Assembly (NCBI RefSeq): GCF_006345805.1
Contig: NC_043015.1
Location: forward strand, 27,528,001-27,592,000
Source of the DNA: Octopus sinensis
Taxonomy: Eukaryota
Direction: 5' to 3'
DNA: 64,000 nt
Part shown: positions 25,320-37,245 of the stretch, in pieces
How positions within the stretch are numbered: the first letter of the stretch is position 1
Layout: every line of letters begins with the position of its first letter
Notes under the pieces: model-generated
The model's database searches: none
The model's input: only the letters and a program-made list of their open reading frames with translations
What the model was told of the DNA's origin: nothing
Position numbers and translations under genes: made by a program

Positions 25320-26180
25320 CTTAGAGGTAGTATACAACGTCTGTTATCTAGGCAAGCAACTTAACACTGGAAGAGGAAGTTCTGAAAGCATAGTTGTTAG
25401 CATAAGAATGGGGTGGGCTAAGTTCAGAAAGCTTCTACCTTTGTTGGAAGCAGGGCCTCTCCCTCAGAGTGAAAGGCAGATTGTATGATATCTGTATACA
25501 TACAGCTATGGTACATGGCAGTGAAACATTGGCTTTGACTACAGAGGACTTGTGAAAGGTTGGAAGAAATGAAGCTAGCATGCTCCACTGGATAGGTAAT
25601 GTCAGTGTGCACACAACAGAGTGAAAATGAATTAAAAGGAAAGCTGGATATATGAGATATCAGATGTGGTCAAGAGAGAAGACTGTGCTAGTTTGGTCAT
25701 GAGATTTTTATGGATGAGAACAGCTGTGTAAAGAAGTGCCAATCTTTAACTATGGAAGGAACCTGTGAAAAGGGTAGACCCAGGAAGATGTGGGATGAAG
25801 TGATGAGAAATGATCTCCAGACATTAAGCCTCACTGAGGAAATGATAAGGAATTGGGAAGAGTGGCAATTTGTTGTTCTTAAGAAGATGCTTAAAGCTAA
25901 ATAAAATCATGTCCATCCATACATACAGGGATGTCCTTTGCAGTTGCCTGTGCCACATAAGATTCACTCATGCCAGTGCTGCATAAATGCACCCATGAAT
26001 GTGGCATGTGAAAAGCACCCAGCACACTCTATAAAGTAGTTGGCATTAGGAAGAGCATCCAGGTGTAGAAACTATGCCAAAATAGACAGTTGGAGTCTGG
26101 AGAGCTCCCCAGCTGACCATGTCAACCCATACATCTCAATGCAGTATGGAAAATGGACATTAAATAAAGGTGATGATGAA
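25320..26180 (+). mobile_element. Decayed RTE 3' fragment
   Basis: VVSIRMGWAKFRKLLPLL; MDENSCVKKCQSLTMEGTCEKGRPRKMWDEV; 3' UTR. Confidence 0.8.
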
Positions 26181-26209
26181 TTAAAAGCAGTACTAGTGTT
26201 GTAAACATT

Positions 26210-26580
26210 ATTGACCGCACATACTCAATGTATGTGTTTGCTTGTTCAACAGTTCACTGCAGTACAGTGCTCTGAACTGGGTGTTAAAATACCTGAAAGT
26301 CATAGACAGGTGAGACATCTCACCTCCAGTCCTATCCAGGAGTGATGAATGCTGATATTTCACCATTTTTGCAACTTATCAGTTATTATTCAGAGATGCT
26401 ATCATTTTAAATGAGTTAGCCAACCAACTCCACTTGCACATCAAACGTTGGCATGAATATTGGTATCCATCACTCCTGGGTGGGACTAGATGTAAGTTGT
26501 CTTGCTTTTCTGTGACTTTCCAGTGTTTTAATACCCATTGCAAACAAGTAAAACACATACATTGAGTATGTGCAGCCAAT
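26210..26580. mobile_element. Older foldback/MITE-like element with ~130-bp imperfect inverted arms
   Basis: GCACATACTCAATGTATGTGTTT vs AAACACATACATTGAGTATGTGC, and two further paired blocks inward. Confidence 0.7.
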
Positions 26581-26742
26581 TATATATATTTATTTATTTA
26601 TTCATTTATTTGAAGGGCATTACTACACATAAATGCCTCACATTATGAGAGACTCTTAAAGTCAAAACTACCATAATAAATACAGTGTACCGAATGTCAG
26701 GGAATGCAACTCTTGAAGAGAGCTCCTTAAAAACAGATTCAG

Positions 26743-26802
26743 CCACAGATCATATGATTTCATAATTAATACACAAAATGCACTTTTTAATCCTCAGTGC
26801 AG
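26743..26802 (-). ncRNA. Type I hammerhead motif (family C)
   Basis: CTGAGGA (26791-26797), GAAA (26758-26761), palindromic helix III ATCATATGAT, ATC cleavage triplet, helix I TGCA/TGTG; first helix II pair is U-U. Confidence 0.6.
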
Positions 26803-27310
26803 GCATAATCAAGACACATAAAAATGAACAAAAATCAGACAAACACCAAATGTATCTAACATAACACGTAGTGGCTGAATCTGTCTTTAAGGAGCTCACA
26901 TCAAGAGTTGCATTCCTTCGCATTTGGTACACTGTATTTATTATGGCAGTTTTGACTTTAAGAGGCCCTCATAGCATGAGGCATTTATGTGTAGTAATGT
27001 CCTTCATATAAATAAATATATTTAAAGGGAATAATTGTAATTTTTACCTTATGAGGTTTTTTCATGCTGACTACTTGATAAATTCTTATAAAGATTTTAT
27101 CCTATTTTTAAATTTTAAATTTAACCGGAATATATTCATGCTGATTTATTCTGAATATGCACATGTACCGAGATGCAATTTGAAAAGCTTGCCTCTTACA
27201 TAGATACATACAAGGTGAACAACTCTAATGTGCTCTAATGTACTATGTTGGATACATTTGGTGTTGATCTGGTATGCTGATTTTTGTCCATTTTTATGTC
27301 TTGATTATGC

Positions 27311-27370
27311 CTGCACTGAGGATTAAAAAGTGCATTTTGTGCACTAATTATAAAATCATATGATCTGTGG
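27311..27370 (+). ncRNA. Family C hammerhead copy with G12A
   Basis: CTGAGGA 27316-27322; AAAA in place of GAAA at 27352-27355; ATCATATGATC. Confidence 0.55.
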
Positions 27371-28035
27371 CTGAATCTGTTTTTAAGGAGCTCTCTTCAA
27401 GAGTTGCATTCCCTGACATTCGGTACACTGTATTTATTATGGTAGTTTTGACTTTAAGAGTCCCTCAGAGTGTGAGGCATTTATGTGTAGTAATACCCTT
27501 CCCTCTCAAGGGATCTTTGTCTTGCAAGTTACTTGGTGACCCTGCCAATGCTGGTGCCATGTAAAAAGCATCCAGTCCACACTGTAAAATGGTTGGTATT
27601 TGGAAAGGCATCTACCTTTAAAAACCTTGCCAAAACTGATGTCACCTGTGCTTGTGCCACATAAAAAGCACTCAGTCAGCACTAGCTGGTGATTAACACA
27701 CACTGGTTACCACCCAGAAACTCAAGTCTGCATAAGACTAGAGATGGGAGCAATGACCTTCCCTTGCAAATACTAATTGGACACAGAATGTGTGTCGTTA
27801 GCCAGCTGGAAGAGATGTCTTCTTGGAGCTATAAACATCAGTAGCTCTGTCCAGTATAAATGCCACAGTTGGTTGGCAATTATATGTTACAATTCCATAT
27901 TGCTACTGTTTTCATCTTGCTCAGAGATTTAATATAGATTATTTCTCCTTTTTTGAGATCAGTGATGAGCTGTCGCTGGAAAAAGCAGATAGTATTCTGT
28001 GAGTGGGGTGAGTTTTCATCCCTAGCTGGTGATTA

Positions 28036-28082
28036 ACACATGCTGAGGATGGATAACAACCCAGAAATTTGAGTTCGTGTGT
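28036..28082 (+). ncRNA. Compact type I hammerhead motif (family D)
   Basis: Helix I ACACATG/CGTGTGT (7 bp); CTGAGGA 28043-28049; helix II TGG/CCA; GAAA 28064-28067; TTTGAG then TT (likely decayed from C-TCGA-GTC). Confidence 0.65.
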
Positions 28083-28494
28083 ATCATGTAAGGCTAGGGA
28101 TGGGAGCGATGACCTCACCTCGCAAATGCAAATTGGACACAGAATGTGTGTCATTAGCCAGCTGGAAGAGATGCCTTCCCGGGGCTATAAACGTCAGTAA
28201 CTCTGTCCCATATAGGATGTCACACTTGGTTGGCAATTATGTTATGATTATATATATATTAAATATATAGACTGACGAAAAGGTGGAGGGGACAGTTGGA
28301 GGAGGAGATTGGGAGGGCTGGTTTGAAAAAGGAGGAAGCTCAAAACTGGGCAAGATGGTGTGAGGGCAGTTGCTATGGTATTGTGGTAGACTCGGCCACC
28401 CCCATTAACAGGGACAAAACTCGGATTTAAAACACTGGATGGTGATATATATATATATATATGTATGTATGTATGTATGTATATTTATTTATCA

Positions 28495-28760
28495 TCATCA
28501 TCATCATCATCGATTAATGTCTGTTTTCCATGCTGGCATGAGTTGGATGATTTGACTTCATTCTAATCTGGCAATGTTTCTACAGCTGGATGCCTTCATA
28601 ATGCCAACCACTCTGAGAGTGTAGTAGGTGTTTTTTATATGCCATCTGACTGGCACAGGAGCCAGTCAGGTGGCCCTGGCATCGATCACGTTTGGATAGT
28701 GCTTTTTACGTGAAACAGGCATGGGAGCCAGTCATTATATATATGGCATGTAAAAAGCAT
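28495..28760 (-). mobile_element. RTE 3' UTR/tail fragment
   Basis: (ATC)n plus TTTTCCATGCTGGCATG..CAGCTGGATGCCTTCATAATGCCAACC. Confidence 0.7.
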
Positions 28761-28769
28761 CATCCAAAC

Positions 28770-29028
28770 ATGGCCCCAGGACTTATTCTTTATAAGCCTA
28801 GTACTTATACTATCAGTCTCTTTTGCCGAACTGCTAAGTAACGGTGGATGTAAGCATACCAACATTGGTTGTAAAGTGATGGTGGGAGGACTGACACAGA
28901 CACACAAACTTATACACACACACACACTTAGGCTATAGTAGAAGACACTTGCCCAAGGTGCCACGCAGTGGGACTGAACCTGGAACAATGTGGTTGGTAA
29001 GAAGCTACTGACCACACAGCCACTCCAT
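28770..29028 (-). mobile_element. tRNA-derived SINE, internally deleted
   Basis: Same head as the 19845-20243 SINE. Confidence 0.8.
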
Positions 29029-29329
29029 ATATGAATACGTATTTACATATATATTACATGAATATATATGTATATATTTATATATATATATTTATATATA
29101 TAATTAATCAATATAGGGTGGCAAAAAAAATTTTGTAGAATTTTTTTGCCACCAGCGGCCTAGTGGGAAAAAATTAAATAGTCATATACCATTTTTAAGT
29201 TCAACATCACAATCAAGGAACGGCCATAATAGGCCATTCACCCACTAGAAATAACAGCCAAAAGCTTTAACCGCAAAATAACATCAATTCCGTAAACCAG
29301 GAGAAAATTTAAAAAACATTTACCCTGTA

Positions 29330-29436
29330 ATTTCTTATACGATGCACCGTTTCGTCTACTGTTTAATGGTAAACTAACCTGATTGAATTAAATCAAGCCA
29401 ATCTACCATAGGCCCTTAGATTCATCAGTAAGAAAT
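29330..29436 (-). ncRNA. Type I hammerhead ribozyme (family E), minus copy
   Basis: Mirror image of 29941-30047; predicted cleavage between 29338 and 29337. Confidence 0.8.
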
Positions 29437-29940
29437 AGCCAAGTTGGAACAGATATTTTTCACGAGGCATTCTCGTCCCTGCCTCGGCAATATCTGACCT
29501 AAAATTTTCAAATCATCGCACTCGCGCCAAATTTATCGGCAGCAAATAAATATAAGCCGCCGATTCCATTACGGAATTAACCAGAAAATTCATAATTAAT
29601 CAATATAGGGTGGCAAAAAAAATTTTGTAGAATTTTTTTGCCACCAGCGGCCTAGTGGGAAAAAATTAAATAGTCATATACCATTTTTAAGTTCAACATC
29701 ACAATCAAGGAATGGCCATAATAGGCCATTCACCCACTAGAAATAACAGCCAAAAGCTTTAACCGCAAAATAACATCAATTCCGTAAACCAGGAGAAAAT
29801 TTAAAAAACATTTACCCTGTAATTTCTTATACGATGCACAATAAATTTGGCGCGAGTGCGATGATTTGAAAATTTTAGGTCAGATATTGCAGAGGCAGGG
29901 ACGAGAATGCCTCGTGAAAAATATCTGTTCCAACTTGGCT

Positions 29941-30047
29941 ATTTCTTACTGATGAATCTAAGGGCCTATGGTAGATTGGCTTGATTTAATTTAATCAGGT
30001 TAGTTTACCATTAAACAGTAGACGAAACGGTGCATCGTATAAGAAAT
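29941..30047 (+). ncRNA. Type I hammerhead ribozyme (family E), plus copy
   Basis: Helix I ATTTCTTA/TAAGAAAT (8 bp); CTGATGA 29949-29955; helix II ATCTA/TAGAC (A-C at the first pair); GAAA 30024-30027; near-palindromic helix III ACGGTGCATCGT; GTA 30037-30039. Confidence 0.8.
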
Positions 30048-30206
30048 TACAGGGTAAATGTTTTTTAAATTTTCTCCTGGTTTACGGAATTGATGTTATT
30101 TTGCGGTTAAAGCTTTTGGCTGTTATTTCTAGTGGGTGAATGGCCTATTATGGCCGTTCCTTGATTGTGATGTTGATATATTTATATATATATATTTATA
30201 TATATA

Positions 30207-30477
30207 CTAGCAGTATCGCCCGGTGTTGCGGTTTGTTTAGACCCTTTAGAATTGAAATTTTTGAAAAGTAAAAATTTGGCAGTATGTAGCTTGTTATTCT
30301 CTTTAAGTGAAATACGCCGAAAAATGGCAACACAGCAGTCAAAACATCGTAAAAAATAGGGATTTTCATAGAAAAAAAGGCACCTTTTTGATGTAAATAA
30401 TTTTCGGTGTTAACATGGTCCGATTTGAATTTTTTCTTCTATGGAAGGAAGAGTTAGCCTTCTTCTATCATACTCTC

Positions 30478-30545
<68 letters not shown>

Positions 30546-31000
30546 ATATATATATACATATATATACATATATATATGATGAAATATATATATATATATT
30601 TATATGAAAAAACCCTCCAGGCTGCATCCCGAAAATTCATTTCTTTGCCCAATTTCTACAATGTTTACGGCGATTCGTTTTTATATCTTGATTTTTTATT
30701 TTTCATGCAATTTACGCATGCTTGCACGCGTGGTGAACACAGTTCACGTCAAACAGCTGACTGAGTAAAGTTCACTATTCAATGCATGGGATAAGGCCTA
30801 AACAAACACATTATCGATTTTTGCACTTGCGAGATGAATTTCAGAACAGAAATAGCGCAGTTCAATTTTCATTCACCTAAACTTTAAGTGACCCATTTTT
30901 TAGTGGTTCTACGATTTGTTGTCTAGGAGGAGATGTGCCAGGAAGTTAAACACACAGACACACATACAGATACACACAAGTTGAGTTTTATATATATAGA
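30207..31000 (-). mobile_element. Non-autonomous Helitron with internal microsatellite
   Basis: 5' A|TCTATATATATAAAA at 31000; 3' ..CCGGGCGATACTGCTAG|T at 30207, the same 3' end as the 57489-57874 element; the two ends could belong to separate insertions. Confidence 0.7.
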
Positions 31001-32079
31001 TATATGTATTCATATGTGTGTGTTTGTGTATTTGTGTGTGTGTGTATGTGTGTGTGTGCATGTATGTTTGGTAAGCAACATATTTTATATGCATGAAAAA
31101 GCAAAAACAAAAACTGTTTGATTTTTTCCTTAAATATCTAATCTTACATTGTGGAAGAATCATGATAGTCACACACACACCATTATATTCACTTTTATTT
31201 TACTTCATGAAAGTGTTGTATACTAAAAATGTCAAAAGGTTTTGTCCTGATCTTTTGCAATGTAATTGTTTCCATTTCAATACACAATCACAGATTAAGC
31301 CACTTGCCAAGCAAGTACAACTACACAATAATTAATCTTAGCTTTAAGAATAAAGAAACCTTGTTTGATTCATCATTTTCCATGTTATTTTTTAAAATTA
31401 ATTAAATATTTGATTACATTATCTTTTTAAATGGTGTTTTCTTTTTTGGCTTTTTTGTGTGAAAATATACAAAACAAACATAAAAGGAAGTAAAAACATG
31501 AGATCTCTCACGTTCCTCTTTCTTTTATGTTCATTTTCTATATCTGTGTAAAAACACATTGGTTATTCCTAAAAAGCAAACATATTTTTATGGTTCAGTT
31601 TTACTTTATGCATGATTTATAAAAGAAATAAAATTTAGTGATAGTGATGTTGTCATCTCATATTTCTGTCCTTTCTCTTCCCTCTTATAATAGAATTTTA
31701 TTTTCGTTTTGTTTTGTTTACCTATTTTTGTTTGTTCAAGGTTTGATATAATTCATGTTCAATAGTAAGCTTAAGATGAAAATTATAATTAAGTGTTTCA
31801 ATGCTCCAAAATGCCTATAAAGGAGTTTCTAACTATAAGCACAAGCAAAGCTGTGTGGTTAAGAAATCTGCTTTACAACTTTGTGGCTTTAGATCCAATC
31901 TCACTGCACAGTACCTTAAGTAACTCTTTTCTTCTTTGACCAAACAATTGAAGCCTGTTGGAGGAACTGTTTCTGTTTATGAGTTAATCTGTCAATAGAT
32001 TTAGCACTACCATTTGACCTCTGAGTGCCTTTAATGGAGCCACTCTGCTGCAAGTATTCAGGTCAAATTTCTAGTTGAA

Positions 32080-33600
32080 AATAACTTTTTCTCTTGGAAG
32101 CTCTGGAAAGGATTGGCATATGAAAGCAGTATAGGCTATGTAGAGGAGTGCTGTTAGTAAGATAAGAGTTGGCCATGGATATACTGATGAATTTAGTGTA
32201 CAGGCAAGTATCCACCTAGGGTCTGTCTTCAGCCTCCTTTTATTCATTATCATCCTCTAGGCCATAACAGAGGAATTTACGACTGGATGCCCATGGGAAC
32301 TCCTACATGCTCATGATCTTGCCCTCATAGCAGAATCTGTGGAAACAGAACCTGCAATAAAAAGGCCTTAAAATAAACTTAGCAAAGACCAAGATCCTAG
32401 TAAGCAAGAAATCCGACACTACCCTTCACCCATCAGATAACTGGCTCTACTCCATATGTAGGAAGGGAGAGGGTGTTGGTGGGAATTCCATTTGGTGTAC
32501 CTAGTGCAAGCTACAGACATGCAAGAAGTGCAGTGAAATAGTTGGAATATTAAAAGAGAAAGTAGTGTTTGTGTATGGAAGATGTAAAGGAGCCATAAAG
32601 ATTACAGAAAACTGACTTCCTTAAATGATCTTGTAGCTCTCTAGAAGTTGTAGATAATTTTTGCTACCTAGGTGATTTAATTAGCAGTGGTGGAGGTTGT
32701 ACAGAAAGTGTAATTGCTAGAATAAGAATGGATTGGAGAAAGTTCAGAGGGCTTTTACTTCTGTTGGCAACCAAAGGGAAGATTATATGATGCATGAGTA
32801 TGAACTGTGATACTGCATCATAGTGAGACGTGGGCACTGAATGCAGGGGATATGCGAAGGCTGGGAAGGAATGAAGCTCGTATGCTCCACTCGATGTGCG
32901 AAGTCAGTTTGCATATGCGACAGAGTAGACAAGTATTAATAGAGAAGTTAGGCATAAGATGAATTATATGTAATGTGCAAGAGAGAAAACTGTGCTGGTT
33001 TGGTCATGTGATGTGGATGGCTGAGCACAGTTGCATAAAGAAGTGCTGATAACTTAAAGTGGAGGGCAGTTGTGGAAGAGGGAGACCCAGGAAGACAAGG
33101 GACAAAGTTTTGGTGGCCGATTTCAAAAGGCTGAACCTTATGAAGGAAATGACAGAGGACTGAGATATACAGCACATTGTTGTACTTGAGAAGACCTGCC
33201 CACCATATCAGAATTGAGATCCTAAAACCAAGGTGCCACATAAAATGCACCAGTGCTGGTACCACCTACAAAGCATCTGTGATGGTGTCACATAAAAAGC
33301 ACCCAGTAAACTTTGTGGAGTGGTAGGCATCAGCTGTAAAAACCAAGCCAAACAGACAATGGAACCTGGTGTGAGCCCAGGTCTTAACATTTTCTATTAA
33401 GCCATCCATCCCATGCCAGTATGGAAATTAAGTATCAAATGCTGAGTAGTTGGTGTTAGGAAGGGCATCCAGTTGTAAAAATCCTGCCAAAACAGTTACG
33501 AAAGTCTGGTGCAGGCTTTAGCCTGGCTGGCTCTTGTGGTACTGTCCCACCCATTCTAACATGGAACACAGACGTTAAATGATAATGATAATGATGATGA
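32080..33600 (+). mobile_element. Decayed RTE RT/3' fragment with tail
   Basis: Broken GSVFSLLLFII, CPWELL, WFGHVMWM motifs; 3' UTR and (ATG)n. Confidence 0.8.
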
Positions 33601-35427
33601 ACTTATACAAACTCATTAATGGTCATTCAACTGACTAGAAATTATGACAAAATCTCCTTCAAGCCACATCCTACCATCTTAAAAAGGAAGGAAACAATTA
33701 AGTAATCCTAAATACATAATGCTTAGCCATTCACTGCAATTAGTGAGTTTTAGGTGCTTATGTTGTGAGCTGACAAATTCCTTCTCTTGACTCAGTGGAA
33801 CATCAAGAATGTGACTGCTGGAAGAAGATAGGACAGCTTTAGGTTAGACTCATTTATAGCTTGGTAGACTGAAGCTATGTGAGATGAAATGTCTTGCTGA
33901 AGGACATAATGCACTGCCCAGTACAAGAACTGAACCCATCACTTTATGACCATGAGCCCAACACCTTAACCACTACACCAAGAAACAGAATATTTGAATA
34001 GAAAACTGGATGGCCATGGTTGAAATGCTTTTAAAAAATAAGTACTTTATATTTTTCTAGCATTTTAAATCAACAGTATCTGGTCAAATCTTATTGAACC
34101 AATAAGATATCAAGATATCAATATAGTGATTCTGTTATAACTAATCTGGCATCACTGAGGTGTTGTAATAAAACTGAAATATTCCCAGAGTTGTTACTCA
34201 TACACATCAAGATCAGATTGATTCCTTAACACCACATAAGTATAATTGATAGATTAGATCTTATTCCTTGTCAACACTACGTATGAGGACACTAACTGGT
34301 TAGCTTAGTGGTTAAATCCGTGTGTTGTTGGCAGTTTGTATCCTGTCACCATCACTTTTCAATGCTCTTTTAATGACTCAGTCCACTAAGATGTAAACAG
34401 GTACCACATTTGTTTGAGCTTGAAGTGCTAGGTTCAGCTTAGCTTGGAGAAGGATTGATTCTGAAAAATTCGTCTGATAAAGCTCACTTGCTATAGGTAT
34501 ATTACATTATATGAAGAGGAAGCATTCCTCTTGGTATTCTTAATTGAATTGGACTGGAAGAACGAATTGTGCCTTTAGCTATTGCAAGCCTTATCAAACT
34601 GCTGAGACCAACATAGTTAATGTTCTTGAACAGTTAGAAGTTAACAGCTGTAATATAAAGATGAGCAAGGTGTGATTTCCAAAGGATCAATGCTCTCAGG
34701 AGGAAGGTCTAGGTATAATGATTAGTGTGAAAAATGGATGGCAGACACAATTTATATTGATGAGAAGAGGAGAGACAATTAATTTGGAAATGCTTGAGTA
34801 GCAACAGCATGAGACCAGCTAGCTTTGAGGAACAGTAGAGATAGAAAACAGAGAGAGGAAACAAATGCAGGCCAGATTTTGGAGTGTTTTGGTGAGTGGC
34901 TTCATATCAATCAGTTGAGTGGTGTTCTTTTGATTTGGCTCTAAGATATTTGTATTTCAGAAGCATTGTTCCATAAAAATACTCATTGATCTTGAATTTT
35001 GATGGAATTCTTTACACAAAGACAATAATGAGATATTAAAACATATTTCATGGAGTTGGGGAAAAACTACCAAAGATTAAAAGATATAAAACAAAAATAT
35101 TATGTGAATGAGCTATGAATATAATGGAAAGAATTAATTCAAATGTTATTTAGGTGCTTACCTGGTGCAACTATGTATTTTGTCTTGTTGGGAGAGTGGG
35201 AGAGGACCTCACTTCCAAGTATCTTATGTTAATCATGCCAAAGTGGTGTCTGTAAAATCCATTTACTCCAGTATTTCAAATGAAATGCACTAAGCAAAAT
35301 TAAAACAGTTTTTTTTTTTTACTTTTAAATTTCATTTTAATATATTTGAATTTTGCAGCATATCAACATTATATGGAATGAAATAGATTCAAATTTGCAA
35401 AGAATTTTAGATTTAGTTTTACATATA

Positions 35428-35656
35428 GTGGAGGCGCAATGGCCTAGTGGTTAGGGCAGCGGACTTGCGGTCGGAGGATCGCGGTTTCGATTCCCAGACC
35501 GGGCGTTGTGTGTGTTTATTGAGCAAAAACACCTAAAAGCTCCACGAGGCTCCGGCAGGAGGTGGTGATCCCTGCTGTACTCAAAAGGCGGTGCTCCAGC
35601 ATGGCCGCAGTCAAATGACTGAAACAAGTACAAAAAAAAAAAAAAAAAAAAAAAAA
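35428..35656 (+). mobile_element. Young tRNA-derived SINE with poly(A) tail
   Basis: A box TGGCCTAGTGG 35440-35450; B box GGTTTCGATTCC 35483-35494; near-identical head at 58676. Confidence 0.9.
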
Positions 35657-36714
35657 TTTAAATGCTGTTAGATGGATAGGTTTACATCAGATTAATTTTG
35701 AAATGGAGATCTATTTTACCTTCTATATATTTTATACGTTTATTTAAAAAAATAAAAAGATGAAAATTTTTCTTGAAATAGAATAATCAATTTTTAGTAC
35801 ATTAATCGTTAGTGACTAATTTGAACTTCATGGCTCTGTGCAAAACTATTTATGTCTGGTTCTATATTTTACAAACAGAGTGTCAAAATTGCCATTTCTG
35901 AATATAAACTGTGTTTGTTTTTACACCAATTTAAAACCTAAATGAACAGACCATGGGTTATTTTGACACATCTTTCTCTCTCTCTAGGGTAATGGAATGA
36001 TATTTGAATAGTATTGTTTTGCCAAGTAGCAAAAGCTGCCTAATCAGTTACTATCTCTTTCAGAAACCATTGTGTATCTGAGATCTAGTTGTTTACTTCC
36101 TTTTGTTGCTTATCTGCAGGTCAGCCCTCATCAAGCAGATCTATGATCAAAAGCTGTTCTGGCCATGACTATCTCATATTTTTTCAGATCACTGCTTACT
36201 CTTTTTCCCCCTTCCTTTTACATACTCTTTTAATCTCATCTACTATTCATCTAACATTTCTCTTAGACTACATTCATGCTATAAGAAGCCTATCCACTAA
36301 ATTACACATATCATTCATTAATGTAAACTATATCATAGTCTTTTTTTTTTCAGTCATATGATGCTCCAAACAGATTCTAGAGTGAATGTTAACTTAGTCT
36401 AATATATATGCTTATCTGTAGAGCATCATGCATCTTTTTAATTATGAAGGCTCTTTGACAATTACATAGGAAGTATTTGGGCAAATTATTTTCTTTTAGA
36501 CCTGTAGTTCTTTTCATCATTCTTATTTTGTGCATTGGGAAATAGGATAATTCAAAGCCATGTAACTCAATTTGCTATTAAGAATTCATTCATATTTTGT
36601 AAGTATCACTAATTTCTAAGTACTGTCTAATTTCTACTGCTCACCAATTCTTCATCTCTTCTAATCATCATCACTATCTTTATGATTATTAGTGGGGCAA
36701 TGGAGTTGACAGAA

Positions 36715-37245
36715 ATGGTAAAATTTCAGACAGAATGCCTTACAGTATTTAGCAACATCTCTTTACCTGATTTATTCAACCTGTATAGTGAGAAAGCTCT
36801 AAGCAAGATCAAGACAACTGCAGGACTAAAACTAGGGGGAAGGAATTATAACAATCTGAAGTATGTAGACAATACAACTTTGTTTGCAGACACAGAAGAG
36901 AAGCTTCAGGGATTGAATAATATCGTGACTAAGGAGAGTGGAAAGATTGGACTGAGGATTACCTGCTAGAAAAATTTCTCAATGGTCTGTACCGAGAAAG
37001 CACAGGTACCCGCATGTCACTTGACAGTGAATGGAACTGGGCTAGAGCAGAAGGACAGTTTCATATATCTGGGAAGTTGGACAACATCAGTTGGAAGGTT
37101 AGATAAGGACATCAAGTGTAGAATTGGATTAGCAAAGAAGACTCAGCAAAGTAGAATTGGATTAGCAAAGTAGATATTGCTCTGGAGTTAAGTCTCAATT
37201 TGCATTTCATTTGCCTTCATCCCAGGCATGGAGACATTAGACATT
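36715..37245 (+). mobile_element. BovB-like RTE RT fragment
   Basis: FNLYSEKAL..GLKLGGRNYNNLKYVDNTTLFADTEEKLQ..ESGKIGLRI; FIYLGS..DIKCRIGLAK. Confidence 0.8.

Larger units (their letters stand above)
26612..27501. mobile_element. Non-coding PLE-like repeat (family C) in inverted and tandem pieces
   Basis: 26612-26870 (minus sense), 26871-27005 (plus sense) and 27241-27501 (plus sense) share sequence; another copy lies at 62565-62806. Confidence 0.75.
29101..30176 (-). mobile_element. Retrozyme/PLE-pLTR-like non-autonomous element (family E)
   Basis: 492-bp unit 29101-29592, partial repeat 29593-29839, inverted copy 29841-30176 of 29201-29536; 28-bp direct repeats at 29073-29100 and 30177-30204. 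Confidence 0.85.

Noticed and set aside
34160-34900. Possibly coding-derived stretch (old LINE?), and a possible second Gypsy RT on the minus strand at 61900-62500
   Set aside because: No unambiguous motif in manual translation
35428-35500. Possible tRNA gene (also 58676)
   Set aside because: A/B boxes are present but there is no closing acceptor stem, and the sequence continues into a SINE body and tail
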